Part shown: positions 1 to 14,340 of the stretch, in pieces
Position numbering within the stretch: position 1 is the stretch's first letter
Layout: each line of letters opens with the position of its first letter
Assembly: GCA_965644295.1 (NCBI GenBank)
Contig: CBFFRP010000373.1
Coordinates: 248,001 to 312,000 of the forward strand
Reading direction: 5' to 3'
From: Paraphysomonas bandaiensis
Lineage: Eukaryota > Protista > Chrysophyceae
Length of the DNA stretch: 64,000 nucleotides
Notes under the pieces: generated by a model
What the model was told of the DNA's origin: nothing
The model's input: only the letters and a program-made list of their open reading frames with translations
The model's database searches: none
Made by a program: the position numbers and the translations under genes

Positions 1-1
1 A

Positions 2-3000
2 CCCCTGATGTCTGAAGCCTCAACATTAGATCCATATTGTGTTGTTCGCTGGAAGGGTGTTGAAATAGGGAAAACAGAAATGATTAGAAATTCTTTAAAT
101 CCTATATTCAAGAACTTGGATATTGTTGTAAAACCGACAGTTGATGACATTTGTAGCGAGGACAAGCTGTTATCTGTAGAGATTTGGGAGTTAGATGGTA
201 TCGAAGGGGGTAAATTGCTTGGATACAGGAAGTTTTCCTTGAATGAACTTCAAGATGGTGGAAATACGCGCTATTGGCCTTTGGAACTTATTAAATTTGA
301 TGCCGATAGAGGCGCCAAAGTCAGAGTGAGAACTGGGGCAGAAGTGCAGTTTCATACATCGTTAGTTCGTGCAGTACAAATGAGCGAAGATACTGCTCGC
401 GAAGAGCTCGCTATACCTTTTCTTTCGACGAAAATGACGGACTATGAGGAAGGCGTCGAAGACGATAATGACTGTAGGCAAGAAAGCAAAGGGCGTGACA
501 CTGTCCTTGAGATTCAGAGTATACGGAATATTGTACTGTATAGGTCTGAATTTGAAATCGAAAGTGGTGATTTGTGTCCGCTTGTCAATCCGTATTGTAT
601 CATATTCTTGAATGGAGAAGAGGTTGCGCGTACAGCATCTGCACATCTTAAGGATTATTCGTTGGATTCTGCAGTTTTGGCTTCGGTCAGTCCAGGAGTA
701 TCTTTCAGCAGCAATAATGGTTGCCACGACTGTGATATCGAAATGGAAGGACCAAAGCCCACGCACAATTCGAATTCTATGTATGATTGGGATGATGAAA
801 TATTTCCTCTTCATATTCCAAATGCTGTTGATCTGGATAGCTGCACTCTTCGAATTGATGTATATATTGTTGACAGCCGAAGGAAAGGTATATTACTGGG
901 AAGTATATGCATTGCTGAAAAGTCGTTCTCGTCTCTGCTTTGTTCTAATTCTGTGAAGAAGAGGTGGTATGATGTCGAGTCAATTGCATCCATTGAGGGC
1001 TCTCCCTATATGTGTGGAGAAGTATTGATTTCAGGACGTCCGAGCACAGTAACTTCACCCGATATTGAGGAGAAGATTGTGGACCCACCTCAGCTATCCA
1101 TTAGATTAGATAGTATATCCTTGAAACAAGAGTTTTGGTCACAACTTAAAGCAAACACTGTAGGTATTAATCCGTTTAGCTGTACTTTGGTAGTTCATTG
1201 GAATGGACAAGCAGTGATCTCCAAAAGATTTATTGAAGCGGATTGCGCGGAAGTATCGTCTGATTTTTATGCTGTTGATATGTCACCCATGGAATCTGCT
1301 GCATTCCGCCGCCCCAATGACATTTTACTTGAAAATGGAAATATTAGAGCGGATTTATGGTATGGAGATACGAATGGAAGTGATGGCCATCTAGCTGCTA
1401 GAACAGTTATTGATAAAGCTGAGCTAGTTGCATATATTGATCAGCCGTTGCGGCGCAGCCTTGAGTGTGAAATGAAAATGTGTGAGTCTTCAGGTAACAC
1501 ATTCTTCTGGAATAAGGCCTCCAATGGGACGGGCTTATTAGTTGCCAAAGTGGCTCTGAACATGGGCCGGTTTGGTGAAGATGACAATGTTGAATGTGAT
1601 GGAAGGAAACTGTGGCTGGATGTTCTTGGTGCTGGTGGGCTTGTTGCACCATCTTATCTGGAGGCACGTCGCCCTAATCCATTCTGTAAAGTCTATTGGA
1701 ATGATAAACTCCTCGGGCAGACTTGTATTATGTGGAACAGTTGCGATCCTATATGGACTTTTCATAGATTTGATTTGCCGGTGCCCATGATAGATGTTGT
1801 TGACGAGCCGTTAGAATATTGTTCACTTCGTCTTGAGATATGGGCTGTAGCTGCGAAAACTCCAGGTGCTGGGTATGACTTTTTGGGATGCTCTGAGATC
1901 AATGGCGAAGACTTGGTTCAGGTTATAAAATCGATTCATGCTGTTTTGAAGTGGCAATCCTTGGAGTTACACCCAGAGCTTCCTTTGAAGCAACAGGAGT
2001 ATGTATGTAGCGGGAAAGGTGCAGTCAAGTTTCGAGTTGCATATGCGCACCGTGTCGTAAATGACAAAGAGTGCGATGATCACCCTGGTGGTGAGTATAG
2101 GATTCGCATCAATGAGGCAATAGGCCTGAAAGAGGTCGACACATTCACCAAAACGAATGCGCTTGTAATAATATACTGGAACGACGACGAAATTGGTCGA
2201 ACTGAGGTAATACCGAAAGAGGTAAACCCGAAGTGGATGGATGAAGTATTCCTAATTCGTGTTCCTGGCAACGAATACTTACGTGATCAAAGGTTGCAAT
2301 TTCACGTGTACGACTTCACTGGGGGAAGCACTGGTGAATTCCTTGGCTACACTACAACTTTAGGTGGTAACAAATTAGTTGAGTTTTTGACAGGAAGTTT
2401 TGACACACCAAAAGAAATGCCGCTTTATCCTAACCCTGAGCTTGATGAAGAGGAGAATAAAAATGTGGGTGGGATTCTTTCCCTTTCAACAGAGCAAGTT
2501 GTTGTAGCACCAATTAATTCCCCGGTCGTTTTGTACACTGAATGCGAATTGATTATTTTATCAGCAATAGATATATATGGGGCAAATTACTTTGATCAGT
2601 GCTCCGATGCAACGTGCATTCTGTATTGGTCTTCTTTATTTGATTGCACATTTGATGTCGAAATTGGCCGCACAGAAACTGTGTGGAAAACAACTAATCC
2701 AGTTTGGAAGAATGAGAAATTTAGAGTCAAAGTTCCTGTGGTTGATGAATGGTCATCCATAATTATAAGGATCGATGTGGTAGATATAGCTGGGCCGAAT
2801 GACAAAACCTTACTGGGCACATGCTCGCTATCAGGTTGGGATCTCAGGAAGCTGCTTGATCGAACAGGCCCTGCTACAGAGGAGAGCATTTCATACTCTT
2901 TAGTTGATAAACGTACATCTGTAGGTGGAGATAATTCTGACAAGTCGCTGGATGCGTACCCTAACAGTGCTGCACCGCGTGGGTCTATATTACTTGGGGG

Positions 3001-6000
3001 GGGTCGTGTGGTTGAGGCTGAAGAGGTCATCGAAAGCCCGGAAGAGAATGTCTCATCTGTTACTGGCTCCGAGGAACGAAAAGAGGGGGATTCTAAAGCC
3101 CTCATGAGAGCTTTCACGAAGACGAAGTCAGCACTCTTTGGTGAAGGAAGCGATCTAGGATCAAAAGTTACGAAACAAAAAGTAGATAAAGGAAATAAAG
3201 TTGACTTCAAGGTGAAGAGTATCAATAGTATAACCCTTCCCGTTGAAATGGATAAAGCTGACACCGTTCCTTCGAGTGTACTCTATTATAAGGTTAAATT
3301 TAATGACGAAGTTGAAGAAAAACACTTTGTTGCTGGCACTGACAGAATAACTGACGGCATATGCACGATTTCTTACACCACAGGAAAGCCACTGTCGTTT
3401 ATTTATTTTCTCCCTCCAAACAATGATCCCTCGCAGTGTACATTAGAATTGGAAGTTTGGGTGTCAGTCAATAAGTTGCATGGCTCAGAGGAATTTGTAG
3501 AGGATGTGAATGATTTATTCATTGGTTATATTGATATTCCAGGTACTGAGTTGGTTCAGTTGCTTCGGCCAAAAGCGCCTGATAGAACATATCCGTTGAA
3601 AACTAAAGGAAAAAACCTCATAAATACACAGGTTAACAGATACGTACGGGGGGGATCGCTGACGATTGGAGGACGAGTCCCTGATCTGGCTCGAGCTCTT
3701 AGCAGTAGAAACATTTCCCTAAAATCATCAGGGTCTAATTGGCGGTCTGCCTCCAAAGCTCATAAATCTATTGCCCAGGAGCATGACACACCTGATCCCG
3801 TGTTATTCCAAGAGAGGTACCAATTAAGGGTGTGTGAGGCGGGAGGCTTGCTTAAATCAGGGACTCTTGGAGGATTTGGCGAGATATATGCTGATGTGAT
3901 ATGGCGAGGCGAAAAGATTGGATCTACTCAGAAAATGAAAAGTGCACCGTCAAGTATTCCCGGGAGAGACGGTTCTGCAACATGTGAGGTAGTTTGGGAA
4001 AATGAGCTTTTTGTGTTGGATAAACCAGAGGGGGAGAAACTACTTGATTGTGAACTCTCCGTTGAAGTTTATGAGAGGAAAAGCTTCAGTTCAGGGTCTA
4101 TTTTTCTGGGCTGTGTGACTTGGGCAGAAGATTTACTCACCGAGTTCTTAAAAGAGAAAGATCCACAATGGTTTGACTTGATGACATCGCATGACAAACC
4201 CCCAACCGAACAGAAGCGCGTGCAGGGAAAATTATTCATTGGCGCCAAAAGTCTCAGCATTGAAGATATGTCTTCTCATGTTGCGGGTGGGTGGGAATTC
4301 GACACAACTCAACCATTACCTGAAGGCATGCGTGACTGGGACTTCTCTATTCTATCTGCGACAGGATTAGGAAGAGCAGATAAATTTGGCAAATCAGATC
4401 CCTACTGTATTGTGAAGTGGAATGGTATTGAGATCGGAAAGAGTTCGGTGTGCAAAAGAACCTTAGACCCTGTATGGGAAGATGCTAACTTTATGATCAG
4501 GACGCCTGTCAACTTAGGGCCAACTGGGACCGTAACTTCACATATAGCTCGCTCTAATTCTCGACGAACTAGTTTTATGGGCAGCGAGTCTACAGCGGAC
4601 ATTGAGTTATCTAGTAGAGGGAGAGATAGACGTCGTGTAGCTGTTCCGGTTTCTGCTGTTAGTATGGGTACGTACGCTCCAAGACTGGACTGTGTACTAA
4701 CCGTAGAGATATGGAACTGGAGTGCATCTGGAGACAGTGTGTTTTTGGGAGCAGTAGAGTTAAAAGGACCGGAGTTAGCTTCGTACTTTGAAGGTAATAA
4801 ACTGAAACGAAAGTCGTTTAAGCTTTCAACAACAAAAGCGTTGGCGAAGAGTAAGCAAAAACTTGTCAAAGGCTCCGTTGTACTCTTGGTATCGCCGGCG
4901 ATATCTGAAAAGGAGGGATTTTCTAGTCGCGAATTAGAGGTGGAAGTAGCGGCGGCGAAAAGTTTGAACAAAGTTGATCGTTTTGGATTGGCAGACCCCT
5001 ACTGTGTAGTGAGGTGGAATCATCGATTATGTGGGAAAACAGGTGTCATAAAGAACAGTTTAAACCCGATTTGGCAAAATGAAATTTTTCAGATTCGCAC
5101 TACTGGGAAAACTGAAGAGTTAGAAAGGTCGTTACTTTACATTGAAGTATGGGATTTTGATGTTATCGGACAAGGTAAGTTTTTGGGCTGTGTGGAACTC
5201 GGTGGGAAAGATCTTGCTGAGTTGGTTGAGACGAACAACGATTTCGTTTGGTATGATCTAGAAAAAAGTAAGTATTTGCAAGAATCTGCACAACAAACAG
5301 CCAAAGGTGGCAGTTTACAGTTTCGTCTTGGCTACAGTGGCACATCTCTCATCACCAACTCCAATATTGCATCGTTCGAACTTGCAATATTGAATGCGGA
5401 AGACCTTTCGAATAACAGCTTTTTTGGTCCCGTCGATTCGTTTTGTATTGTTAAAAGCAACGGTAAAGAGATTGGAACAACATCAGTTATAAGTAAGAAC
5501 AGCAACCCCAAGTGGAGCGGCGAGAGGTTCGTCGTTACTATGCACACTCATGTTGATACAGAAACTGGTGAATTGACAAGTGCCACTGGAGTTACTGTAG
5601 AAATATGGTCAATGCTTGCACTGGGACGGGGTGAATTTTTAGGGTGTGTGAATCTTACTTACTCAGATCTGGTGAGGTTGTCTGAGGATTGCCTGTCGAT
5701 CAAGCGAAGTATGACCAATACATGGTTCAGTCTTGGTAAATCTCCTGGTTTACCAGAAAGCAAGCAGAAGAATATTCAAGGTCGACTCCGTTTGGGTTGT
5801 AAGAACTTCGGTTACGCAAATGTCGAAGAAATTGGAAGATCTGGCGAATCCGAGGTGAAATTTTCGTGGCCAACGCCACAGCCCACAATTGCTGGTACAT
5901 CTCTTGGCCTTCCTTCGTTTGAACTCTCGATATTGTCATGCGCAGATCTTGTAGTACCAAGTCGACTGAGACGGACGATTATACCTGACCCATTTTGCAT

Positions 6001-9000
6001 CGTTTATCTTAATGACGAAGAGGTGGGAATGACAACGGTGTGCGCAGGGACAACAGACCCTGTCTGGCGGGAGCAAGAAACAATTTCACTTAAGATACCT
6101 GAAAATGTTGATAAGCAATCGTATAGTGTCTGTATCCAAGTATATAATATGCTCTCATTGAATAAAGGCGAATTTCTTGGACAGTTAAGACTATCCTTCT
6201 GGTCTCTCTTTTGCCTACAACACGGAACGTTTACTTTCCATCTCCATCCCCATGACGATGACTTGGATCAATACATAAAAGCAACAATTACGTTTTCGCT
6301 GCAAATATATCAACCTGCTTGGGACGGAATTAAGGCGTACTCTAGTCCTGGAATTGAACGTACTGTGACTGTGATATCTGCCTCTGGTCTCCCAGACGTA
6401 AATTGCATGCCACCATCAACGAAATGTACCATTGTCGTTGAAGGAGGTATCAGGGCACGCTCATCTGTTGAATCTGCAACAAGCACTCCCAGCTGGTCGC
6501 CATCAGCTACATGTGATTTATCACTTGATTACCGACGCCCTATTCGTGTTGTTGTTCAAGTACTTTTTGTTGATGTTACTGATAAAAGGGAGGTATGTAT
6601 CGGTGAGGTAACAATTCCGCACGAATTTCTATTGAGACCTCCTTCAGACACGTTTGAGCTTTGGCTAACAGCATCGAGTCGTCTTCCTCCTAAGGGATAC
6701 GATTTTGTGGTTGATGGCTCTGTAACGTTGAGAATATCAGCTGATGGTTCCGGATCATCACTCTGGCAGCCGTGGACAATGCGAGTGAGAAAACCGTTAG
6801 TACGACATATCGTCGAAGATGCATCGGAAGAAGCCACTTCAGAGTTGTATGTTGGGCCCGAACAACCGCTATCCACTGATGAGTGCGAATTGCTCGGATC
6901 AATAACTGTATTCTCTTCTTCACATATTCTTCCCACGAGGCCAGAATGGCTTATTGTTCCAATGAAAGGAATGGGTGTTGTTATTGATGGCAAGAGTTTT
7001 GGAACACATCCCCTCAAGCAGTATTGCATTTGTGTAAAACGACCACCAGAAAAGATGGCTCGTAGTGATGGAACGATGGTGTCGGAGATTACAGAAGCTG
7101 TCCAAAATTGTCTCATTAGCATTCAGCGGCGTGATATATATCAGCACGCTAGGAATTCTTCCCTAAATAAACTTACTGTTTATTTTGAAAACTTATTAAG
7201 AAATAACGCTTTTCGTCTTGGACTTGTTTTTAAGCGGATAGCTAATATGTGCAGAACTTGTTTTCCTGGTGCGACTTTATTTTTGTCATTGGTCAGTAAA
7301 GATCACTATAATATGAGGTATTGCCTTTATGACGAAACTGTTGACAATGTTGATGAGCCACTTTTTTTTACGCTATGGAATGGTCAAGGGTTAGAATGGG
7401 CTTGTGTTGGCAGACATGCTGAAAAGAGAGACATATGCTCGGTGAGTGACTTGATTCCAAACGATGGAAAATATGCCACTATGCCGATATCGTTCTGCCG
7501 GTTTCATCAATTTCGTGCTCCTCGACTGGCGTGCCCGTTAAGATCAGGAGACGTTTCTATCGGTGTCATTGGTGTTGAGAATTTTGATATTTATAAGGCG
7601 GGTTCACTGTCCGATTTGGTGGATATTTCTGATATACAAAACTGGCTTTCAAAAGTTGCCGATTTGTGCGGTGATGTTATATATACTGGCCGTGAGAAGA
7701 AAGTGTTGAAATTTTTAGAGTCATATGTTTTATTTTCATCAAGCTCCAAGAAGGGTCTGGTAAGAATATCGTTGGAGCACGGATTGTCTGTGCTCCAAGG
7801 GTGCCGTCTAATGGAGGTGTGGTCGTTACGAGGACGAACGCTAAAGAGCATCGCGACGTCATGGCCTGAATCAATGACAGCTCCAACAAGGTGGGTCGTT
7901 TTGCAAGACATCACTGTGGTATTTGGTAAACCAGAGAAGAGTTCTGGTAAAGATACAAAATCAATAATGACTGCCGCAGTGACAAACTTTTTGTTTGGCA
8001 CCAAACCGGAAGAAACGACTGATACTATCGCGGACGAGTCTGTCGAAAGTTTAAGCACAGTGCTCGAAAAGGGTTCCCCCTGTGGTTATGTTCTCGGGAT
8101 ATATTATGGTGGTTTTGAGCAGTACCAGTTTGTGAGACACTTCCAGTCTTCGAAAGACACGGAGGCCACGTTTATGCACACTTTTCAAGATGTTAAAATT
8201 TACTTGTCAAATGATCGAAACATTTCTCTCACTCTCTATTGTATTGACGAAAGTGTTAACATTATCGACCAGTATTCTGGAGTGTTTCAACTTGTTACTC
8301 TGAAAGAGAAGGCTGTATCCTGTGCATTGATGCGAAGTGGATCTCGATCGAAGTTTTTCAAATTTACCTCTTCAGTTAGTTGGCCTTCTGCATCCACCAA
8401 GGCTTCACAACGTGTTGTTGCTTTGAAAGCACTCAAGGGTATATCCAAATTCGATATCATCATTCACCGCGCTTATGGCTTATGTAAAACTGATATAGTT
8501 GGTTCGTCAGACCCTTTCTGCGAAATTTACTGGTGTGATGTACTAATTGGTAAAACTGTTGTGGTGAATGATAGCCTGGAGCCTGTATGGGAGGAGTCAT
8601 TCGAACTTCCGTCAGAGGTAGTAGATGGAGACGGTTCATACGTATGCCGCGTAGAACTTTGGGACATGGACTTCATGGGGAAGGGGGATTTCATGGGAAT
8701 GTTTGAAATTCAGCTTGATCAACTTCTGCTGCCGCCGACTACTGAAATAGAAATCCCTTTGTCTCCGAAGGAGAGTTTACCTAAATCGAAGAATAAATGT
8801 GTTGGTGGTACAGTAGTTATCACACACACTGTTGAGAAGAAGGCTAGTGATGATGTCTCTGATACGAAAAACAAGAATGATGAAAACAGTGACGATGAGA
8901 GTGAAGATTTAAATAGTGGGGGAATGTATCCTCTGACTAAGTTGGAACGAAGAGTTATACAGAATATTTTGTACTTGGATGACCCTGTTTTGAAATTAAC

Positions 9001-12000
9001 AATTGAAAAAGCTTCTTCTTTGGCGAAGGCAAACATGATAGGTCTTTCTGACCCTTATGTTAAGGTGTTCAAGTTGGATTCCCCTGAAAGAGAGAAAGAC
9101 GACCCTTTGGCTGTGACTCGTGCAATCGATGATACATTGAGTCCAGTATGGAACGAGGATGTGTTTGTCAACCTCAATCTTAAGACGTCGTCTGGTGTTC
9201 CGATAGTGGATCCTGTTGGACACATGTCAAAGAGCAAGTCATCTCAAGTTGGTTTGATCGATGAGTGGCCGATATTTGTCCTTGAGGTTTGGGACAAGGA
9301 TAATATTGGCGACGGCACATTTCTAGGTGAAGTAAAGTTGACCCCTCCTCTGTATGCCCTTTCGAGAAAGTTCGAGGGTAATCTGGGACCTTCTCCTGAG
9401 CGTGATGCGAAGGCGAATAGACTTGCGCAGGGAACTATATCTTTGTCGTTTAGTATTCAAGAGAATGCTGAGAAGTCTATGTTTACTAAATTTTATTTTA
9501 GCCCATCACGAACTTTATTCCGATCAACTTTTGCACAAGTCAGTATTTTATCTGCGAAGAGTGTTACTAAGAATGCAAAAGGATTCGGGAAGAAGCCTGT
9601 GAACCCTTTTTGTGTTCTAAGATGGAACAATGAAAAGATCGGAGAAACTTCCTTTAAGAAAAATTCTGTTGATCCTACCTGGGCAAATGAAAAGTTCACT
9701 TTTGATATTAGTCGAGCCCTCATACAAGCGAAGTGGCATGACTTGGTCATTGAAATGTGGAATAAACAAGGTCCAGTGCTGGAGGATAGTAAACACTTCC
9801 TCGGCGAAGTGAAAGTATCAATGCTGGAGTTACTGCATCCTGATCAAGGTGAGATAGTGAAACGTGACCTTCTAACAAGACCAGATCCCAGTTCTGGTGC
9901 TCCGCAAAGAAAGACTGGTGGGACGTTGTGTTTGCGTTTGGCGAGAATTTTTCAACCGCAGAGAGTTACTGTACAATATAAAGATGCAAAGCTTTACCCT
10001 TTCGATATCGACAATCAGGATGATGATGAGGATGACATGATTGACCCAATAGAAAACTTTTTTAGCCACGAGCGAGTTCGCGTGGTGACTGCTGAGCCTG
10101 TTCCCCTGGAAATAGCGAGAGATCCTGAGGAGGAGAGAATGAGACAATATCATGAAAAGATTGATCTGCCTGGATTGTTAAATAAATATTCAGACCTCAT
10201 GAATCAGTATACTAGTTCACCTTTCGACCAAGTCGGATTAATATCTGAGTTGCATTATGGACAAGCTTTATCTGCATTCGAGAGAAATGCCGCAAGCGTA
10301 CTCCATATCGGTGAATCCGATACCCATTTAATGCCAGCTGTTGCTCCCCTGACAGATATGTCGACTAATATTACATCCTATGAGAAAGAATTTGTAGAAG
10401 AAGACGAGGACGGCGGGTATCTTTACGACAATGAACCACCAAAGCAACAAATTGTTATGGAAAGAGACGGTGAAATGGGTTTAGTTTGCAGATACCCGAA
10501 AGGAAAAGTTCCCAAGAGAGATATTAAATTCATTTCAAGCCTTCGCGATACTATGACTAAAAGTCTGATGCTTTTCGAGCAACGAGAGAAACGTAAGATT
10601 GAAATAGGGTTAGTTCTTGACAAACTTACTTTAATGTACGGAGATATACATAGATATACTGCTGATGATGTTGTCCTAACAGCATTGAGAGACGTCGAAT
10701 TTTTGTTTGATTGTGAAGTAGACATATATCTTTTGCAGCCTGGATATGATGCTGTCAGTGGTGGTGGCATAAAGCTAATGCCCTGTTCTAGAGAAAACGG
10801 GTGTATTGACGATTCCTCTTCTCCAGAAGATATGCTACCGTTATTTAAACTGTGTTCGAATTTGTGTCGCCATGGTATTTTACTTCAATTCTATCGAGGA
10901 TACAACCTCGTTGCAGGCGTAGATTGGAAGAGTGGGTTTTCCCAGGCAGCAATGGTTTCATTAGAATCTATTTCGAATGATGTTTCTGTGGTGGAGCGCC
11001 GAGGTCTCTGCGAATCTATCGCGAAGCGTGCTGCAACTGAGGCGCCCATGGGTGCTTGTGTCTTGCCTCTCATGGTCGGCAACGAAGTAGTCGTCGGCAT
11101 TATGGTCATATCCGGAACAGATAAACTTCCGCATTCGGTATATCGCCTTGAGAAAAGAAAGAACCCTACTGAAGACACATTAAAGAAACGCAGCGAACCG
11201 GATTGCGACGAAAGTCCTTTAGGTCCATTAAAACTTGTCAGAGGATTTGAAACTCGTGAAATGATGGAGGAGGGAACCATTGCAAGCATGCGCGATTTGG
11301 GAATGCAACTTGGCCGTTCTATATTTGCCTCAAATGTAGTTGCTGCTCTAAAAGATGTAAAGACATTCCCAGTGAGGAACGATACCGATCCTGAGGATGT
11401 CATTCGGTATGCGTTTAGGCGCTTGGTTGAAGCTATTCCAATGTTGGTGGAGGTGTCTATTTGGAAGGTATTGATCAGTGCGCCAAGAAATAAATCGGAA
11501 ACATTTGAGGTTGACATCCACAAGAAGCCAGACAATAAAATTGGATTTGGCTCAATATTTTCCAAACCCAAGAAACCAACTGATGATGATAAGAAAATAC
11601 ATCAGGATGTTAGTGAGGGTGCAAGGAGTGGGGATGTATTCGACCAAACTGAATCAGATGAAAAAGACCTACACAATATTACGAAAATAGAATCTGGATA
11701 TTTTAAAGGCGAATGTGTTTCGTCTATTTTGACAACTGGCAACGAAAAAGTGTTGTATCAACAACTCTATAACATTAATGAGGAGAATGATGCCCCTGCA
11801 CGGGGTCGGAAAAAAGTGCGTCCTGCGGCCGATCGTGGAAATGCCCAACCAGAAGGTCGGCGAATGGCCGCAACTGTGTCCACAGGCGCACAAGTAGCCT
11901 TTGCTATATCTAGAAATGAATACGAACGAGTGGTTCCTTGGACTGTTAATACCCCAAGTTGTCTGCGAAAAGAATCTTTCGCAGGAGTCAACACTGATGG

Positions 12001-13109
12001 CCTCGAAGAAGAGAAGAATTCTGTTTCGGATGATATTGCGAGTACCTCAAGCTCCAGTGATAGTGATGGCGCAATCACAGAGGAGGGCGAGGAGAATGAT
12101 GACAACCCCGACCATGCGCACGATAACGAATTACCTAACCGTGAACAGCATCGTTCAGGGTCTATTAACCCGCTGAGTAGGGTGATGTCAGCAAAGCCAT
12201 TAGACGCGATAAAACAAGTATCGGGGCAGATTGGGAAGCAAAAAAATGCAGCTCCAGTTGTGAGCACCAACACAGATTCATTTCTAGCAGATGATCCATT
12301 GGAAATGGCTCATCTGGAAATCGTGCGATGTGTATCAGATCTGAGAATGAAGTCTTTTTTTCTTGGCACAGGTGGCGGTGTGTATTTGTCTCAGTTCGCA
12401 AGGAGAGAGGATGGAGTCGTAGATCTTATTCTTTCCAGAAAGTTTTCTAAGGAAAATAATGGACCATCAATATCCAACAGTGAACCCAACTCGTTCAGGA
12501 CACATAATGATGACACATCCGGTAAGAATGTAAGTGTATAAAGGTATTTATAACGAGATTGTACTCAGAAACATATGTGGGTGAGAAAAAGCTGAAGAAT
12601 ATTCCAGGAAGTAGCAATGTAAATACGCAGGATTCGTTCATCCCTCGGTCTCTTTCCAAGGACAAACCTCCCCTTAAAACCATTCCGCCACCACCGCAAA
12701 TTCCCCGTCCACAAGTTGCCGGGAAGAATGTCAAGGGACGGATGAAAGGTAAAGGACGTACTGAAGAGGCAACACCCTCATCTGTGAACCCTGGCCCAGT
12801 GTATGAGTACTTTCTGGCTGTCAGAACTAATGGTAAGGAATTTGAACTCATGTTCTGATGCAGTAACCACTTGGGAATAGGTATTGGAGGAGATTTAGGG
12901 TGGGGTGTAGTCGGAAATGAATTGGCACAACAGGTGGACAACATGGTTCAGACCCTTGAGACTGTGCTTGCTAAAATAGTATCGGCCAAGACAAAAACCG
13001 GAAAGGTAATTCTATTGTGCGCTGTTATTTATCTCTAATATATTGACTACAGGCTATCGGGCTATCAAAGGGTGGAGACCAAAAGGGTCCGGGGACAGAG
13101 CGAAACTAA
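2..13109 (+). CDS. Giant multi-C2-domain protein (~16-17 C2 domains plus two GAF-like segments), probably 5'-partial. Predicted exons <2-12521, 12569-12832, 12881-13005, 13053-13109
   Basis: 4177-aa ORF, with the frame already open at the window start. Repeated C2 signatures (D..G.SDPYC.V.W....G.T.V....NP.W.E.F...L.VEVWD.D....FLG). GAF-like motifs ACPLRSGDVSIGVIGV and VLPLMVGNEVVVGIMVI. GT-AG introns of 47-48 nt extend the frame to TAA at 13107-13109. Confidence 0.85.
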
Positions 13110-13563
13110 AATTTCCAGCACTAACGAAGCGTCGATATCTATGTCTAAATCACTTTTGTATGCGTATTAGAAGCATAAAGAATTTAGATATAAACTTAAT
13201 TAAAATTATTCAAGAAGTCGTTCTGCATGCTTTTACAGCGAGCACTGTGTCAGGTCTCTTCTTGAGGGTGTGTTCAGCCAATGCAGTATTCATTGACAAT
13301 CTTATAGGTTTTTGTGTTGTATGTTATAGCAGTCAACATACACGATTTTGATATATAATATGGATAAAGAATAATATTTGCATAAAATGCTACACCAGTG
13401 ACCAGATTACAAAAAACGTTGTCATATCTTTATCGAAGCAAAGTACCCATAATATTCATGAAAGCAAATCTGTACCCAGGAATTGTATATGTTGGCCAAG
13501 CGTTCATACTTTTGTTTAGCTCTGCATAGTTGGCAACCCTTTGCATGCTGATTTTCTTGCCAG

Positions 13564-13870
13564 CCCTCAACAAAGTCGGACTCCCACCTTTTCGTGGTGT
13601 TCTAGGGAATAAATACTGGAGACATTTCTCCGGGAAACTAAGGTGAGCCACATATATAGTCAGCAGACAATTTTCTGCCCACTCATAGGAAAATGCTTGT
13701 GTGGTACAAGGGACACTAATATAAGTGTCACTTGTGTAGACGTCTTTGGGCCATGACGGATAAACAGGCATTCGGGGTATTGGGGGGCCCACCTCAAGGG
13801 CACCCTGGGTATTGGACTGGCTGCTGAAGTAAAGCATTCAGGAATGGGCTCACCTCAAGGGCATCCAGAG
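13564..13870 (+). mobile_element. Ribozyme-headed retroposon, 5' part (first unit of a local tandem duplication)
   Basis: Starts CCCTCAACAAAGTCGGAC. Shares private variants (CTCCC, GTTCTAGGG, CACTAATATAAG) with the adjacent copy at 13894. Confidence 0.8.
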
Positions 13871-13893
13871 TATTGTCTTCATACGCAATTTCA

Positions 13894-14340
13894 CCCTCAA
13901 CAAAGTCGGACTCCCACCTTTTCGTGGTGTTCTAGGGAATAAATACTGGAGACATTTCTCCGGGAAACTAATGTGAGCCGCATATATAGTCAGCAGACAA
14001 TTTTCTGCCCACTCATAGGAAAATGCTTGTGTGGTACAAGGGACACTAATATAAGTGTCACTTGTTGTGTAGACGTCTTTGGGCCATGACGGATAAACAG
14101 GCATTCGGGGTATTGGGCAGCCTGCTGAAGTCAAGCATCTGGGCTGTTCACCGGTGATCTTAAGGACTCAAAAAAATCCTGAAGTCAGCAGATAGCAGGT
14201 GTATCAACATTCGGCTTGTTCATTGCGTTTGCTTTGAGTGATAGATCGAAAATGGTTGCAACTTGGTGCTTGCGGTGACGCACAAGCAGCTTTCGTAGCG
14301 TTAAAAAGTAGGATACTAGAGTTAAGCACTAGTTAGTTAA
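13894..14340 (+). mobile_element. Ribozyme-headed retroposon copy, 3' tail missing
   Basis: Collinear with the copies at 20077, 23070, 52681 and 58800. Confidence 0.8.

Noticed and set aside
362-12401. Many short antisense and alternative-frame ORFs
   Set aside because: Shadows of the long C2 ORF with no motifs of their own.
13430-14134. Repeated ORFs (…YEWAE…), also at 20213, 23376, 52834 and 59278, as a small protein family
   Set aside because: Antisense translations of the retroposon; frame and length are not conserved between copies.
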